Shown piece by piece: positions 1-11,768 of a stretch of 64,000 bases of DNA; position 1 is the first letter of the stretch, and every line of letters starts with the position of its first letter. This stretch comes from Sporopachydermia quercuum (taxonomy: Eukaryota), in NCBI GenBank assembly GCA_001599295.1, contig BCGN01000003.1, positions 1,798,001 through 1,862,000 on the forward strand, given 5' to 3'. Under the pieces are notes generated by a model. The model saw only the letters and a list, made by a program, of their open reading frames with translations. It was not told the origin of the DNA and searched no databases. A program made the translations under genes and the position numbers.

Positions 1-774
1 AGTTGCTATTTGGTCAAACTAAATTCATCGCCTCATTTGGTGTTTGTGTCAATTTTTCTTGTTTTTCTTTCAGATTGTTCTAAATCAGTGTTGTGTATAG
101 GATTCAATATCAACCTATTAGTTGATTCCTTCATAATGTTTGATTTGAATTAGATTATCGTCTCTCTCATTTTAAAACCTTTTGTGTACATTATTTTGTG
201 TTCCGATTTATCGGTCATCAGTTTGTTTAATCATCATCATTGTTTATTATTGATTTATTTCATCAATTAGTTTCCAAACATGTTGAAGCACCCTGTAAGT
301 AATCACAGAACTAGTAGCAGTGCAGTTTCTAACTGGTACTACTAACAACCTATGTCATCAATCAATAGTTACCACGTTAATTCGACACAGTCTATCATAG
401 TTATTACCACTGATCCTATTCTATTGCTTGTATTAATCAAATCCAGGATATGTGTATTTTAACAACCATTTGGAAGGCACTTTTTTTTATGAATATGCTT
501 TCTACACAGAAAGGCTAATGATGATGGGACCCTTGTCTTGAGACAGCTTAAGCAAGAAAAAGACATTATGTAAAGTTTCGTTTGTATGGATAGTCTTCCT
601 AATCAAGGAAATATTACTATCATATTTAATAGATTTATTAATGTTGATGTTTTGATACTATTACTGGGATTGTTCTGAATCGAGAAAGACGAAGCTATTG
701 AGCCCATTAACTGTGCATTTCTATATCTCTTTTCTGATATTCTCTATAGCTACCTCTATAGCTAAAAAAAAACA

Positions 775-1914
775 ATGGCATCTACTGCTATCATCAGTCA
801 TAACATAAAAACCAAGTATCCACCTTGCGCCTTACAGTTTCATCCTGATGTAACTGATTTACTAGTAGTAGGAACATACCAATTAAATAAAGAGAAAGCC
901 GTCGGTGAACCAGAGTATAGAACTGGATCAATAGACTCTTTTAGGATACATGAAAATAGCAATGAGTTACAGCTAATACAGCAGGTAGAGATACCCATGG
1001 CAATACTCGATGTTAAGGTGAATCCTCTGGATCACAACCATTATGTAATAGCTACATCTGTTGGTAAACTATTATCATGTACAGTAACGACAGATGGTAA
1101 GATAAGTCTTGATTTTGAAACCTCAGTTACTAGTTCTGATACATTGATCACCTGTGTTAATTTTTTTGGAACATCTAAAGGTGAAACAGATCAAACAAGA
1201 GTACTTTTCACAGCAGTGGATGGATCTATTGGAATAGCGTTACTGGAGAAAGAGAAATTTACAGTATTGAAAACATTTCACAGACATGACCTGGAAGCTT
1301 GGACAGGAATTGCTGTAAGGTTTGATGAAAGCGAGGATCAGTTGATTATCACTGGAGGTGATGATGCAAGATTAGCAATTACCAAGTTTGATTCACATTC
1401 ACTGGAAAATAACAGAGAAAGTGAAGAAGACAGAGAAGAAGATGATGATGCCGAGTCTAATGCACAGAAAATCAATCTTGAAAGATTACACGACGGGGGC
1501 ATAGTATCAATACTGCCGGGGTGTGAGGTATCAAATAAAGGATCAAAGTATGAATTATGGACAGGTGCATATGACGATCAACTGAAAGTACTAGATGTTG
1601 AAAAGGTTGTAAAATACGGAATTACGAGACCAATTGTTAAACAGAGATTGAATCTTGGTGGTGGGGTATGGAGGTTGATTCCTTGTCCCAAGAATAAAAC
1701 TAATGAGAGTGACCACGACTATGTACTAGTTTGTTGTATGTATAATGGTGCTGCTGTTGTCAGTAGAGATAGGAATTCTGGTGAAGTAGATATTGTCAGT
1801 CAATTACATGAAGGCCACGAAAGTATGGTCTATGGGGGAGATTGGGATAAAGAAGGTGAGAAACTAGCAACCTGCAGTTTTTATGATAACTCATTACAGG
1901 TTTGGACAATATAG
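775..1914 (+). CDS. RRT2: Diphthine methylesterase, WD40-repeat protein (Dph7/Rrt2)
   Basis: 379-aa ORF with 'LVVGTYQL', 'HDLEAWT', 'TGGDDA', 'WTGAYDD', 'LGGGVWRL', 'HESMVYGGDW', 'TCSFYD' motifs typical of Dph7. Lies near GPX and ISW1, as in S. cerevisiae GPX2-ISW1-RRT2. Confidence 0.9.
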   Translation: MASTAIISHNIKTKYPPCALQFHPDVTDLLVVGTYQLNKEKAVGEPEYRTGSIDSFRIHENSNELQLIQQVEIPMAILDVKVNPLDHNHYVIATSVGKLLSCTVTTDGKISLDFETSVTSSDTLITCVNFFGTSKGETDQTRVLFTAVDGSIGIALLEKEKFTVLKTFHRHDLEAWTGIAVRFDESEDQLIITGGDDARLAITKFDSHSLENNRESEEDREEDDDAESNAQKINLERLHDGGIVSILPGCEVSNKGSKYELWTGAYDDQLKVLDVEKVVKYGITRPIVKQRLNLGGGVWRLIPCPKNKTNESDHDYVLVCCMYNGAAVVSRDRNSGEVDIVSQLHEGHESMVYGGDWDKEGEKLATCSFYDNSLQVWTI

Positions 1915-1969
1915 TAGTTCATATGCATTCATAATTGTCCATATAGGATGATTTTGATACTCGATTTAA

Positions 1970-2584
1970 TTATTTTGGATCATCCGCAATACTTTCCACC
2001 CATTCTTTTAATCCTTCCCAATTCACCTCTTGAGTTTTCAGGTTTTTATCAGTATAAACACCTTTAATCAATCCACTTTTCAAAGCAACAAGTGATGGAA
2101 CATCAGTTACAGCATATCTATGCATTAATTCTTTAGTCCCTGGTTCATCGACTTCGACATCAACCATAGAAACNACCTTATCAGTTTCAAGCGATACAAT
2201 TCTCTGTAGAGCGCCAGTTAATTTATTGCAAACAAGATCATTCCTTACGGTGAAATTAAGGATAAGCGGTCTTGGAAGAGGTAATAAAGTATCGAGTTCG
2301 CTTTCAAACCTAATGGGTAAGTAAATACGATTACCTTTAGGTCCAGTCACTTGGTGTTCAGGTAGAAAAGATTTCAACCATGAGAAGAACGAAGGATTGG
2401 AACCGGAAGAAGAGAACGATCTCTGAAAATTGAATTGAGGACTGATGCTAGGTGATTGTTTGATAATATATGTAGATNCAAGAGCTGTGGCCCCTATGCC
2501 AATTCCTAGCATTAGATTTCTTTTAGAGCTCATTTTCAAGGCTGATAATGTATTCCGAGTTACGACAGCCTGGGCAAAGGTCAT
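1970..2584 (-). CDS. Thioredoxin-fold protein, probably mitochondrial, lacking canonical WCGPC
   Basis: 204-aa ORF. Basic/hydroxylated N-terminus plus hydrophobic stretch. C-terminal 'LILNFTVRNDLVCNKL...VDVEVDE...YAVTDVPSLVALKSG' matches a thioredoxin fold. Confidence 0.65.
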   Translation of the reverse strand: MTFAQAVVTRNTLSALKMSSKRNLMLGIGIGATALXSTYIIKQSPSISPQFNFQRSFSSSGSNPSFFSWLKSFLPEHQVTGPKGNRIYLPIRFESELDTLLPLPRPLILNFTVRNDLVCNKLTGALQRIVSLETDKXVSMVDVEVDEPGTKELMHRYAVTDVPSLVALKSGLIKGVYTDKNLKTQEVNWEGLKEWVESIADDPK

Positions 2585-3550
2585 TGATGGATCTTGTTGT
2601 AGGATTGGTTCACTCTTCCTGATGTTGCAATATAACCGTTTGACTGCTGTGTACCAAAACGATTATAAACAATAATTGAAATATCTGGTGTCTATTGAAT
2701 TGGTACCTAAGCCAGAATTTCTTGTCTTATCAGTCTAACAATTGCATAGTTTTCTCAATCAGTTTATTTTTTCCAATAGCCAGTTTGCCTCCTCATCGCC
2801 ATCACGTCAGTAAAATATTACATAACCATGTATTACCTAATCATAAAATTGACTTTGTATTACACGTGAGCTTTCTCTTCCGTACATATAAATATTTTCC
2901 GTTACTAATCACCTAACGCTTTATACGGAAAAACTTGTAAGCTGTTAGTAATGGGTCATCAGCTAGTAAATGATGAGAATCAAGAAAAAACGGTTGATAG
3001 TATAAAAAGGAAATATCTTACTAACTTAAGTGATCTTTTTCCTCGACAGATTATAAAGTAAATACATAGTCTCACTGACAGGAATGTATTGTTACTTTCC
3101 AATCCTTCATACATATTGTGCAGATCCAGAAACATCCTTGCGAAGTATCTACACAAAGAGTCATACAAGAATAACTAAGCACTAAGTAGTAACAGACCCA
3201 GATGTACCGTTTTGAGAACTAATTATGTCAACAAATACAACTATTTATTATAAAGAGCATCTACACAATCCAATATACTGAGTGTTTCCTTCATTTCTAC
3301 TGGCATCCAATATCTTCAGTTTTAATCAAAGGAAGTTCATTCAAATATCAAACTGCCCAATACCTGTCCGATTAGCCTGGTGGATTTGTAATCCTTACAG
3401 ACAGGCTATACGTACATACGGGGGTTCGTCAAGCGCAACTCACTACCCACACTTCAACAAGCTGGACAGGGATTTTTCAGGCGGGGTCAAGAATACTACC
3501 ATATTGTAATTTATCTGGAGACTAGAGAGAAGGAAAGATCAACATTAATA

Positions 3551-3589
3551 GTTGATTTAAGAGTAGATTTAAGAGTTGATTTAAGAGTT
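3551..3589. repeat. 12-bp tandem repeat (GTWGATTTAAGA)x3
   Basis: gttgatttaaga gtagatttaaga gttgatttaaga gtt read directly, upstream of RIB1. Confidence 0.8.
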
Positions 3590-3856
3590 CTGCTGGATTG
3601 ATTTATAGGATTGCCATTAGAAGATATTAGTTTAGAGCAGGCCTGGTTTTCACAACAAGTTGGTATTAGAGGTTGAGTCATAGAAACCGGAAAGAGGTTG
3701 AAAGTTTTCGCAGGAACATAACTACTGGGAGATCGATCAATAGGTAGAACGGATAAGAAGAACAAAGCCTTCAATTTTGGAACATTTTGTTTACCAACGG
3801 AAGAGGTTCTTCTACACAATTGTTTCTCCCTAGATTATATACATCCCAGCAAAAAA

Positions 3857-4993
3857 ATGACAGATTCAAGTGATTCATTAAACCAGATCCCGGCACCTAG
3901 ACCAGTGTATGCTAGGCCAAATGTTACAACCAATGATGGAACAGAAATCAGTGGCCTACTCAATGGAAGTGCTTCACAACAGTCGAACAATGAAAATTTA
4001 CAAAAGAGACAAGATATCTTCCAAAATATTCCACTAGTATCACCTATATCTACACCTATCGTGACCGAAAGTGTAAAAAATATCGACAAAAACCTAGATA
4101 AAGAACAACCAGAAGTTACAAAAAACCTTCCTGAAGCTTTACCTATAGTAGAATGTATTGCCAGAGCAAGAATCCCTACTACCCAAGGACCAGAGATCTT
4201 TTTGCATTTATACAAGAACAATGTGGACAACAAAGAGCATTTGGCAATAGTGTTTGGAGAACAAATTCGGTCTAGGTCCTTGTTCAGGAGAAAATCTGGT
4301 GATAATGATACAGAAAGAATGACAAGGGGTGCGTATATAGGTAAATTAAGACCAGGTAGAACTGAAAGTGATATTGATACGAAAATTGGTCGAAAGGTAG
4401 TATTGGGAGACGACGGTGAATTCGTGGGAGTTGAAGATTTAAAGAGCGGGGAAGTGAAAAAAGGTAATGGGTTGAGTGAACCCATTTTGGTTCGAATTCA
4501 TTCAGAGTGTTATACAGGGGAAACAGCCTGGAGTGCTCGATGTGACTGTGGAGAACAATTCGACGAGGCTGGACGATTAATGGGACAAAATGGGTTTGGT
4601 TGCATTGTATATCTACGACAAGAAGGACGAGGTATCGGATTAGGAGAGAAACTCAAAGCATATAATCTGCAAGATCTTGGTGCAGATACTGTACAGGCAA
4701 ATCTTCTACTAAGACACCCAGCAGATGCGAGGTCTTTCAGCCTGGCTACTGCTATTTTACTTGATCTAGGCCTTATTGAGATTAAGCTATTGACGAATAA
4801 CCCCGACAAGATTTCTGCTGTTGAAGGACGAAATAGAGAAGTCAAGGTGGTTGAGAGAATTCCAATGGTTCCACTAGCCTGGCAACATAAACATGCTGAT
4901 GTTGGTGTTCGAAGCAAGGAAGTCGACGGCTATTTGAGAACAAAGATAGAACGCATGGGTCATTTATTACAACAGCCTGTTAACCTGGGATAA
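3857..4993 (+). CDS. RIB1: GTP cyclohydrolase II (riboflavin biosynthesis)
   Basis: '[24 protein letters not shown]', '[31 protein letters not shown]', 'LLTNNPDK', '[13 protein letters not shown]'. Confidence 0.97.
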   Translation: MTDSSDSLNQIPAPRPVYARPNVTTNDGTEISGLLNGSASQQSNNENLQKRQDIFQNIPLVSPISTPIVTESVKNIDKNLDKEQPEVTKNLPEALPIVECIARARIPTTQGPEIFLHLYKNNVDNKEHLAIVFGEQIRSRSLFRRKSGDNDTERMTRGAYIGKLRPGRTESDIDTKIGRKVVLGDDGEFVGVEDLKSGEVKKGNGLSEPILVRIHSECYTGETAWSARCDCGEQFDEAGRLMGQNGFGCIVYLRQEGRGIGLGEKLKAYNLQDLGADTVQANLLLRHPADARSFSLATAILLDLGLIEIKLLTNNPDKISAVEGRNREVKVVERIPMVPLAWQHKHADVGVRSKEVDGYLRTKIERMGHLLQQPVNLG

Positions 4994-5769
4994 ATATAGC
5001 CTAAGTGATGTTGAATAGCTCATAAAGTAGAATAAAGGAGGTAATGATTAGTGATAATTCATACATAAGAAGAGGAAACAACTAGAAGTTTGTAGAAAAT
5101 AAGAACACGATGATGTTGTGACCATGTTGTGTGTTTTAGAAGAATATTCTAATGGTATATAATGATGTTTTAATGAACTTTTTATTTTGGATTCTTTCAA
5201 AGCGCTGATGAGTAATTTTATCTTACATCGCAGTTTGACCTCGTTTTGTCTGGACGCCAACTGCTTATGAGCTTCCATAAGCAGTTCACATCAAACACTC
5301 TCAATTGCTTAGTAACCTAACCTCCTAACAACATCGAACCTACATCTAGTGCATCCCTTTTCTCATAAACTATAAATATAATTATAATCACATATGCCAT
5401 CTTGTTTTTCACATATATAATAAACCATTTCCTTCCTCGGTAACTTTCCGATTTCTTCTTATCACTTCTTTTTTTCCATTCCCTTTAATAGCCTTTCAAG
5501 TGCCAATGACAAGTCTAGACTTTCTGATTACATAATTAATATTTATGCCATTGCCTCCATTATCATCACATGTTAGTTCAAGTTCTCAATTACAGAGGCA
5601 CATATAAAATAGCACAAACAATTATGCAAAAGATGTGTCAAATTAACAAATGAGCTGTTGAAGTATTAATAATACATACACTTTGTTTATCATATTTATC
5701 AGTCTACTAATAAAAGGAATACCGATATAATCACAGTATAAAAGTATATATATACTAGGGAAACATCCA

Positions 5770-5852
5770 GTAAGTTGATGAGTCAATTGAACACTTATTA
5801 TACAGCCTTACAGATGATGTTTTTGCCTTGCAATACTAACAATTAACTATAG
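5770..5852 (+). other. Probable 5'-UTR spliceosomal intron of the GPX gene
   Basis: GTAAGT at 5770, TACTAAC at 5834-5840, TAG at 5850-5852. TATAAAAG at 5737-5744 just upstream. Confidence 0.6.
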
Positions 5853-5918
5853 AAGAACAAGTAATTCATCGTGGCTACCACTTTAAAGCATCTAAGAAAA
5901 TTAAGTACTATAAGAACA

Positions 5919-6401
5919 ATGTCTAAGTTCTACGAATTAGCTCCTTTAGATAAGAAGGGACAACCTTATCCTTTCAGTGAATTGGAGGGCAAAGTTGTTT
6001 TGATTGTTAATGTTGCCTCAAAATGTGGATTCACCCCCCAATACAAAGGTTTGGAAGAATTGTACAAGAAATATCACGACAAGGGGTTAGAAATCATCGG
6101 TTTCCCTTGCAATCAATTTGGTAAACAAGAGCCAGGTTCTGATGAAGAAATCACCGAATTCTGCTCATTGAACTATGGTGTTACCTTCCCAGTTCTGAAG
6201 AAAGTCGATGTCAATGGTTCGAATGCTGATCCTGTATATCAATACTTGAAGAGTCAGAAGTCAGGGCTTCTTGGCTTCAAGGGAATCAAGTGGAATTTCG
6301 AAAAATTCCTTGTTGATAAGAAAGGTGAAGTTGTGAAGAGATACGGTTCTATCACTGCACCAAACTCCATCGAAAAGGATATTGATGAGTTATTAAAATA
6401 A
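5919..6401 (+). CDS. HYR1: Glutathione peroxidase-like thiol peroxidase (Hyr1/Gpx2 family); possible GUG-initiated extension from 5871
   Basis: 'GKVVLIVNVASKCGFTPQY', 'GFPCNQFGKQEPG', 'IKWNFEKFLVD'. First ATG at 5919. Paralog assignment (HYR1 vs GPX2) is uncertain. Confidence 0.93.
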   Translation: MSKFYELAPLDKKGQPYPFSELEGKVVLIVNVASKCGFTPQYKGLEELYKKYHDKGLEIIGFPCNQFGKQEPGSDEEITEFCSLNYGVTFPVLKKVDVNGSNADPVYQYLKSQKSGLLGFKGIKWNFEKFLVDKKGEVVKRYGSITAPNSIEKDIDELLK

Positions 6402-6697
6402 AGAGACAGAATAGGTGCTACTAAAAAGGAAGATTAATCATTTGTCACTACTACTTTTTTCCATATTCTTGTCAATTAAGTTTATTCTCACACATCTTGA
6501 TGATGTTATGTTCTCTTATGTAATTGATTCATGAGTTGTTGTTTAATGCTCTTGAATTGTTAATTGAAATTTACTTCTTGTTTATAACTGAGTCAAGGTA
6601 GCATGATAGATCGAACAATCCAGAGATGTGGAATCATAGACAGTCAATCTACATAACATGAAGCAAAGTAACATCACTAACAAAAACTCCCCAACAT

Positions 6698-9600
6698 CTA
6701 CCGAGTCCTCTTTCTCTTCTCTTCTGGTACTACGGAGGATGCCTTACTACTAGTAGTGCTTCCTGGTTTACTTCTCTTCTTCGAATTACCACCATCAACC
6801 TTTTTTGTCAGTAGCGTTAAAAGCGTGGCCGCTCTTCGGCTCAGCTCTCCTGGTGTTCTCGAGAGGAAAAACCAATCAAATCTGAACAATGGTGATCTTC
6901 GAATAGCATTTTTGATTAGATCATACACATTCTCAGTGTTCATTCCCAATTTGTTCAATTGAACCAGTAGGAATCTGTCTTCCTCTTCTGAAAACACTCT
7001 ACGTTGCGATGATGATGATACATTGTAGGGAATCTCCATCTCCTGTAAAGGAAACTCATAAGACTCAACTTTCTTCCTTAGAGCATCACGTTGGACCATA
7101 AGTTTTTTGCTCTTTTCTTCACCTGCCTCAATCTGTTGTAAGTATCTATCATATCCATCGATTTCACTATATCTTGACCAAAACACTTTGCTGTATGTTT
7201 TAACGTCTTGCAAGGACTTATCATCCAATTCATTAGCAATGGCTTCATAGTTTCTACGTCCATGTTTGGCACTTAGTTGGATGAAATGTGTAAAGTCTCT
7301 ACGATTCCAATTGCTGAAACCCTGCATTGCTAACTCAACTTTTAGTTTTTCCTCCTTTTCGGTTAACGGTTCAGCATTCTCGATTTCTTGCTGTTCAAGC
7401 TCTTGTTCAGCTTTTCGATCCTCTAATGTTTCTTCAGGACCATCAGCTAAGGGCACTTTATAACCTGTTTGCTTTCTAAAGTAGCTTTTTTCTTTCTCAT
7501 AGATCTCCACTAACTGAGGAGAATAGAACTGGTGATCTTGAATATGAAGTTGCTTAGGAGGTCTAGGTCCTTTTGGAGTAGAATTTGCAGGTCTGCTTCC
7601 AGAACTTAGCATATCTTTATAATAACCATCAATATTGTAGTTTTCTTTTCTTTCACGTTTAGCAGGATTGATCCAGGTGAAAGCAGGAACATTTGTAGCT
7701 GTTTTCTTTTTGAAGTCTTCTCCATTCCATTCATAGGCCGAGTCTGATGTGAATTTTTGTAGATCGTCTAAACCAAGCTTTTCGTACCGTTCATTGAGAG
7801 CTTTTGTTCGTTGTTCACCTTGTAACAGGATAGAATCAATATCAAAATCATCATCTGACTCATTGCCATTGCTTCCTTCTTCAGTCTTCGTATCTCTATT
7901 ACGATCACGTTTTCCTGCTTTCTTCTCGTTTACTTTTTCAAAAACATCAGCAGCACCGTGCTGAATCATTGATAAGAGATCATCCTTTGTTGCTGCTTTT
8001 CCAGACTGCTGAGCAGCTCCCCGACGGCCTTGCTGAATAACCAGTTGATCCAGTCTGAGTTTCTGAGCTGCTCTCTCAAGAATCTTTTCTTCAATTGCAT
8101 TATCAGTAATGAATCTATAAACAAACACTTGCTTTTTTTGCCCAATTCTATGGGCACGATCCATTGCTTGTAAATCAGCCTGGGGGTTCCAATCCGAGTC
8201 ATAGAGAATAACTTGATCAGCTGTAGTAAGATTGATACCTAATCCACCAGCTCTCGTTGTTAATAGAAATACGAACTTTTCGCTTCCAGGCTTATTATAA
8301 GTATCTATAGCAGCAATTCTATCTTCATGAGCAGTTTGACCATCAATACGGCAATACTGATAGCCCCGGAAAATACAGTAATCTTCTAAAATGTCAAGCA
8401 TTCTACTCATCTGAGAAAAGATCAAGGCTCTTGATCCTTGAGCTTGGAATTTCTTTAATAATCTATCAAGAACCTTCATTTTACCTGCATTGAATACCAA
8501 ATGTTCATCCGTTGTATAAGGAGGTCCTGGCTCAGCTCCTTCAAACAAGTAAGGATGGTTACAGCATTTTCTCAACTGCATAACAATATTAAGAAGCCGT
8601 GTCTTCGACTCCTTTTTACCAGTTGCACCATTCACAGCATCTATGTCTTTTTCCAACAGCTTCTGGTACCAGTTTAGTTGCATATCACTCATTTTTATAT
8701 ACACGTTTACTTCTTTCTTCGGTAGTAAAGATTTCTCCACATCTGACTTCAATCTTCTTAATAAGAAAGGATTTAGTACAGCATGAAGCTGATGAATGAC
8801 GTTTTCTTCTTTCTCTTCTTTAGAAGCAGATTCTTTATCCTCTGATAACTCTTCGCTATCACTGTTTTTGGTGAACCATAAATCAAAGTTATCAGAATCA
8901 GAAAATATATCAGGAAGAATGAAATTAAGTAAAGCCCATAATTCATGTAAATTATTCTGTAATGGTGTACCAGTGATTAATAGTCTGTTTCTTGAATGGA
9001 ACATTCTGATGATCTGTGATAATAAAGATTCTTCATTTTTGATTCTATGAGCTTCATCAATGATTATGTATTCCCAAGCAAATTTCTTCAGAGTGGCTTT
9101 TTCTTTAATGACCATTTCATAAGAAGTAACAATAACGTCAAAATCACAAGACAAAATCCTGTCAGCAATCAATTTAGGTCTAGATTCTTTATTACCTTGC
9201 AAAACAACGACATTTACTTCTGGTGTCCATTTGTTGAACTCTCTTTGCCAGTTGTCTAATGTGGATTTGGGCACTACGACTAAATGAGGACCACCAATAT
9301 TCTCAATGTATCGTAAATATCCAAGAAAAGCGATTGTTTGCAGAGTTTTCCCTAGACCCATTTCGTCTGCTAAAATACCCGAAATATTGTTCTTGTAAAG
9401 ATTGATAAGCCAATTCAACCCTTGGATTTGGTAATCACGCATAGTTCCATTAACAAACCCTGGCGATTGTTCGAATACTGATGCATCATAGTTGGACTGT
9501 TCAGCTTGCAATAATTCAGCATCTTCCTCCTTTTCGGTTTTTCTTCTCCTATGCTCAGTCGATGTCGCAGTATCACCTGGTTTTGGTAAACCTTTCTTCT

Positions 9601-10253
9601 CTATGATTTTGACTGCCTCTGCGAAATTTGGATCTTTGCTTGCTTTAGCCTCAATGAAATGATGGAAAAGGGTTGTAAGACCCAAGAGATAAGTCAAGCG
9701 CGTGACTGTTTCATCAACCTTGAAAATTGTTAATAAAAATGATTATTTTTGACAATTAGAAAGAGTTATAGATTAAAAAATAGGAAAAGAGCATACTTAC
9801 ATCAAATGATTTCTTAGCGTCTGCAAAGTATATTCGCTTTTTAGCGTCATTGCTCAAAGGTGTAAATGCTCTGAACGGAGTTACATCCTATGAAGGAATT
9901 CTAGTTAATATGACGATGTTCTGATTAATCAAATGGGTCAAATGTTACTGCGTGAAACTTCTCTCTTATTTTGTTCCGATTCTATTGTGGTTACAGCAGA
10001 GGGATCAAGATCTCGGTACGTACATAAGATGTTGGCACTGATGGCTATATGGATGAAAAAAGTAATCTGTTAGTTGAGAGTTCTTCCAATATCAAAAGGA
10101 TATAAGATCCTATTAAATGGACTTCCAAAGAAAGACCAAAAAATAATTATCTAGTAGTGTACATGACTATGGAAGTAAGTGATGCAGTCCAGACTGTCGT
10201 ATTATTGTACATACCATGTCAGGTTCCGGAGTAGGAGTTGGATCAGAAGACAT
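6698..10253 (-). CDS. ISW1: ISWI-family chromatin remodelling ATPase, 4 exons (~1055 aa)
   Basis: SNF2 motifs '[14 protein letters not shown]', 'IIDEAH', '[11 protein letters not shown]', plus HAND/SANT/SLIDE tail. Exons (minus strand) 10253-10215, 10044-10024, 9887-9801, 9718-6698. Donors GTATGT/GTACGT/GTAAGT, acceptors TAG/TAG/AAG, all phase 0. Confidence 0.9.
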
Positions 10254-11177
10254 AGTTTCCAATGTTCTTGAGCAATTTGATATAACACTGAAACACTAAA
10301 AAGTCTAGTAGAATCTCAATTCGAACCTNGAAGCTTTGAAAAGATTCTCAAAAGATGAGGATCTTTCTGTCAAGGAAACTTCTCAAGCCTATAGAAGTAA
10401 GTGAATAATCGCGACATTAAGCCGTTTCGTGTAATACCTGAAAGTTTTATTTCCGTATGTTAACTGGAAAACATCCGGAAGTGATATAATATTCCGTAAT
10501 ATGAGAGTTGAAGTTACGGAGAATAAGCCCAATTCGAATAGATAATCAAGTAGAGTTTCCGTAACGCTCCGTTAAGCGACATGATAAGATTAGAAGCTGA
10601 GCTGTCCGTGAACGTGATTGGGATTGATCGATATTGAATAGGCCATGATGAGGAAGGTGAGAGTGTGGTCGCTGAGTAATAGTAAGAAGGGAATATAAGT
10701 TACATTGAAGCAATGATGAAATGAATTTACTTTTATTGGGATTTGACAATTGGTTTGGTTTGGAGATAGTCATTAGACATTAGCTTAGAGTAGTCCAATT
10801 CAATCTGAATTGTAGATCAGGAGAGTGCAGTGAAATCTGGACAACTTGTAGAAGAGATATATAGATGAAGCTGATGTAGTTAGATGTATAACGCTCTGGG
10901 AGATGAGATAGATTCTAGATTTAAGTACACTTTGATGAACTCAAATTAAGGGGAGTCGAACAAAAAAAAACCCACTTTTATTTTATAGCTTAAGAAGCTC
11001 ATCATACAGTGCCAAAGGACATCAAAGACTAGTCCACCCTTTTCTTAATTCAGTCTACAATACCACAACTTATATAACAGCAATCAAGAAATGCACATTT
11101 GGTTTCGTTTCTATGTATATAGGTTTATAAGATTATATATAATTTTGTGTTATCGATACTAAATCAAATCAATTGAT

Positions 11178-11768
11178 TTAAGCGTTAGCCTTATTGAAGT
11201 ACTCCTTGGATTCCTTGACATCAGGTTTGATTGTCAAGGAACCTTCTTGCCAGTTAGCAGGGCAGACTTCACCGTANTTGTCAGTGAATTGGAAGGCTTC
11301 CAAAAGACGGAGGGATTCATCAACAGATCTTCCGACAGGTAAGTCGTTGATGGTGATTTGTCTAAGAGTACCCTTAGGATCAATGAGGAAAATACCTCTA
11401 AGGGCAACACCTTCTTCTTCAATCAAAACACCGTAGTCCTTAGACAAAGTGTGGTTGGTGTCAGCAAGTAAAGGAATGTTTACAGGTCCGAGACCACCAT
11501 CCTTTCTGGCGACGTTAGTCCAGGCCAATAAGGAGTATTCAGAGTCAGTAGAGGCGAACAACACTTCGGCACCCTTAGACTTGAACTTTTCGATGGCTTC
11601 AGAGTAAGCAATGATTTCAGTAGGGCAAACAAAAGTGAAAGCCAAAGGAATGAAAGCCAATAAAACCCACTTTCCTTTGAATTGCTCTAATGAAACTTCT
11701 TCGAAAACGCCATCAATGACGGCAGTCTTCTTGAAGGTAGGAGCTGGCTTTTGAATAATAGCGACCAT
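11178..11768 (-). CDS. TSA1: Typical 2-Cys peroxiredoxin
   Basis: 'FTFVCPTEI', '[12 protein letters not shown]', '[11 protein letters not shown]', 'GEVCPANW'; strongly biased codon usage. Confidence 0.97.
   Translation of the reverse strand: MVAIIQKPAPTFKKTAVIDGVFEEVSLEQFKGKWVLLAFIPLAFTFVCPTEIIAYSEAIEKFKSKGAEVLFASTDSEYSLLAWTNVARKDGGLGPVNIPLLADTNHTLSKDYGVLIEEEGVALRGIFLIDPKGTLRQITINDLPVGRSVDESLRLLEAFQFTDXYGEVCPANWQEGSLTIKPDVKESKEYFNKANA

Noticed and set aside
3835..4917. Long antisense ORFs over RIB1 (and similar ones over ISW1, PFK2, AIM9, SLA2)
   Set aside because: Shadow ORFs on the opposite strand or alternative frames of real genes, with no recognisable motifs.
8030..8070. Possible CUG codon reassignment (CUG-Ser or CUG-Ala clade)
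   Set aside because: CTG occupies both invariant leucines in ISW1 '[11 protein letters not shown]', indicating the standard code.
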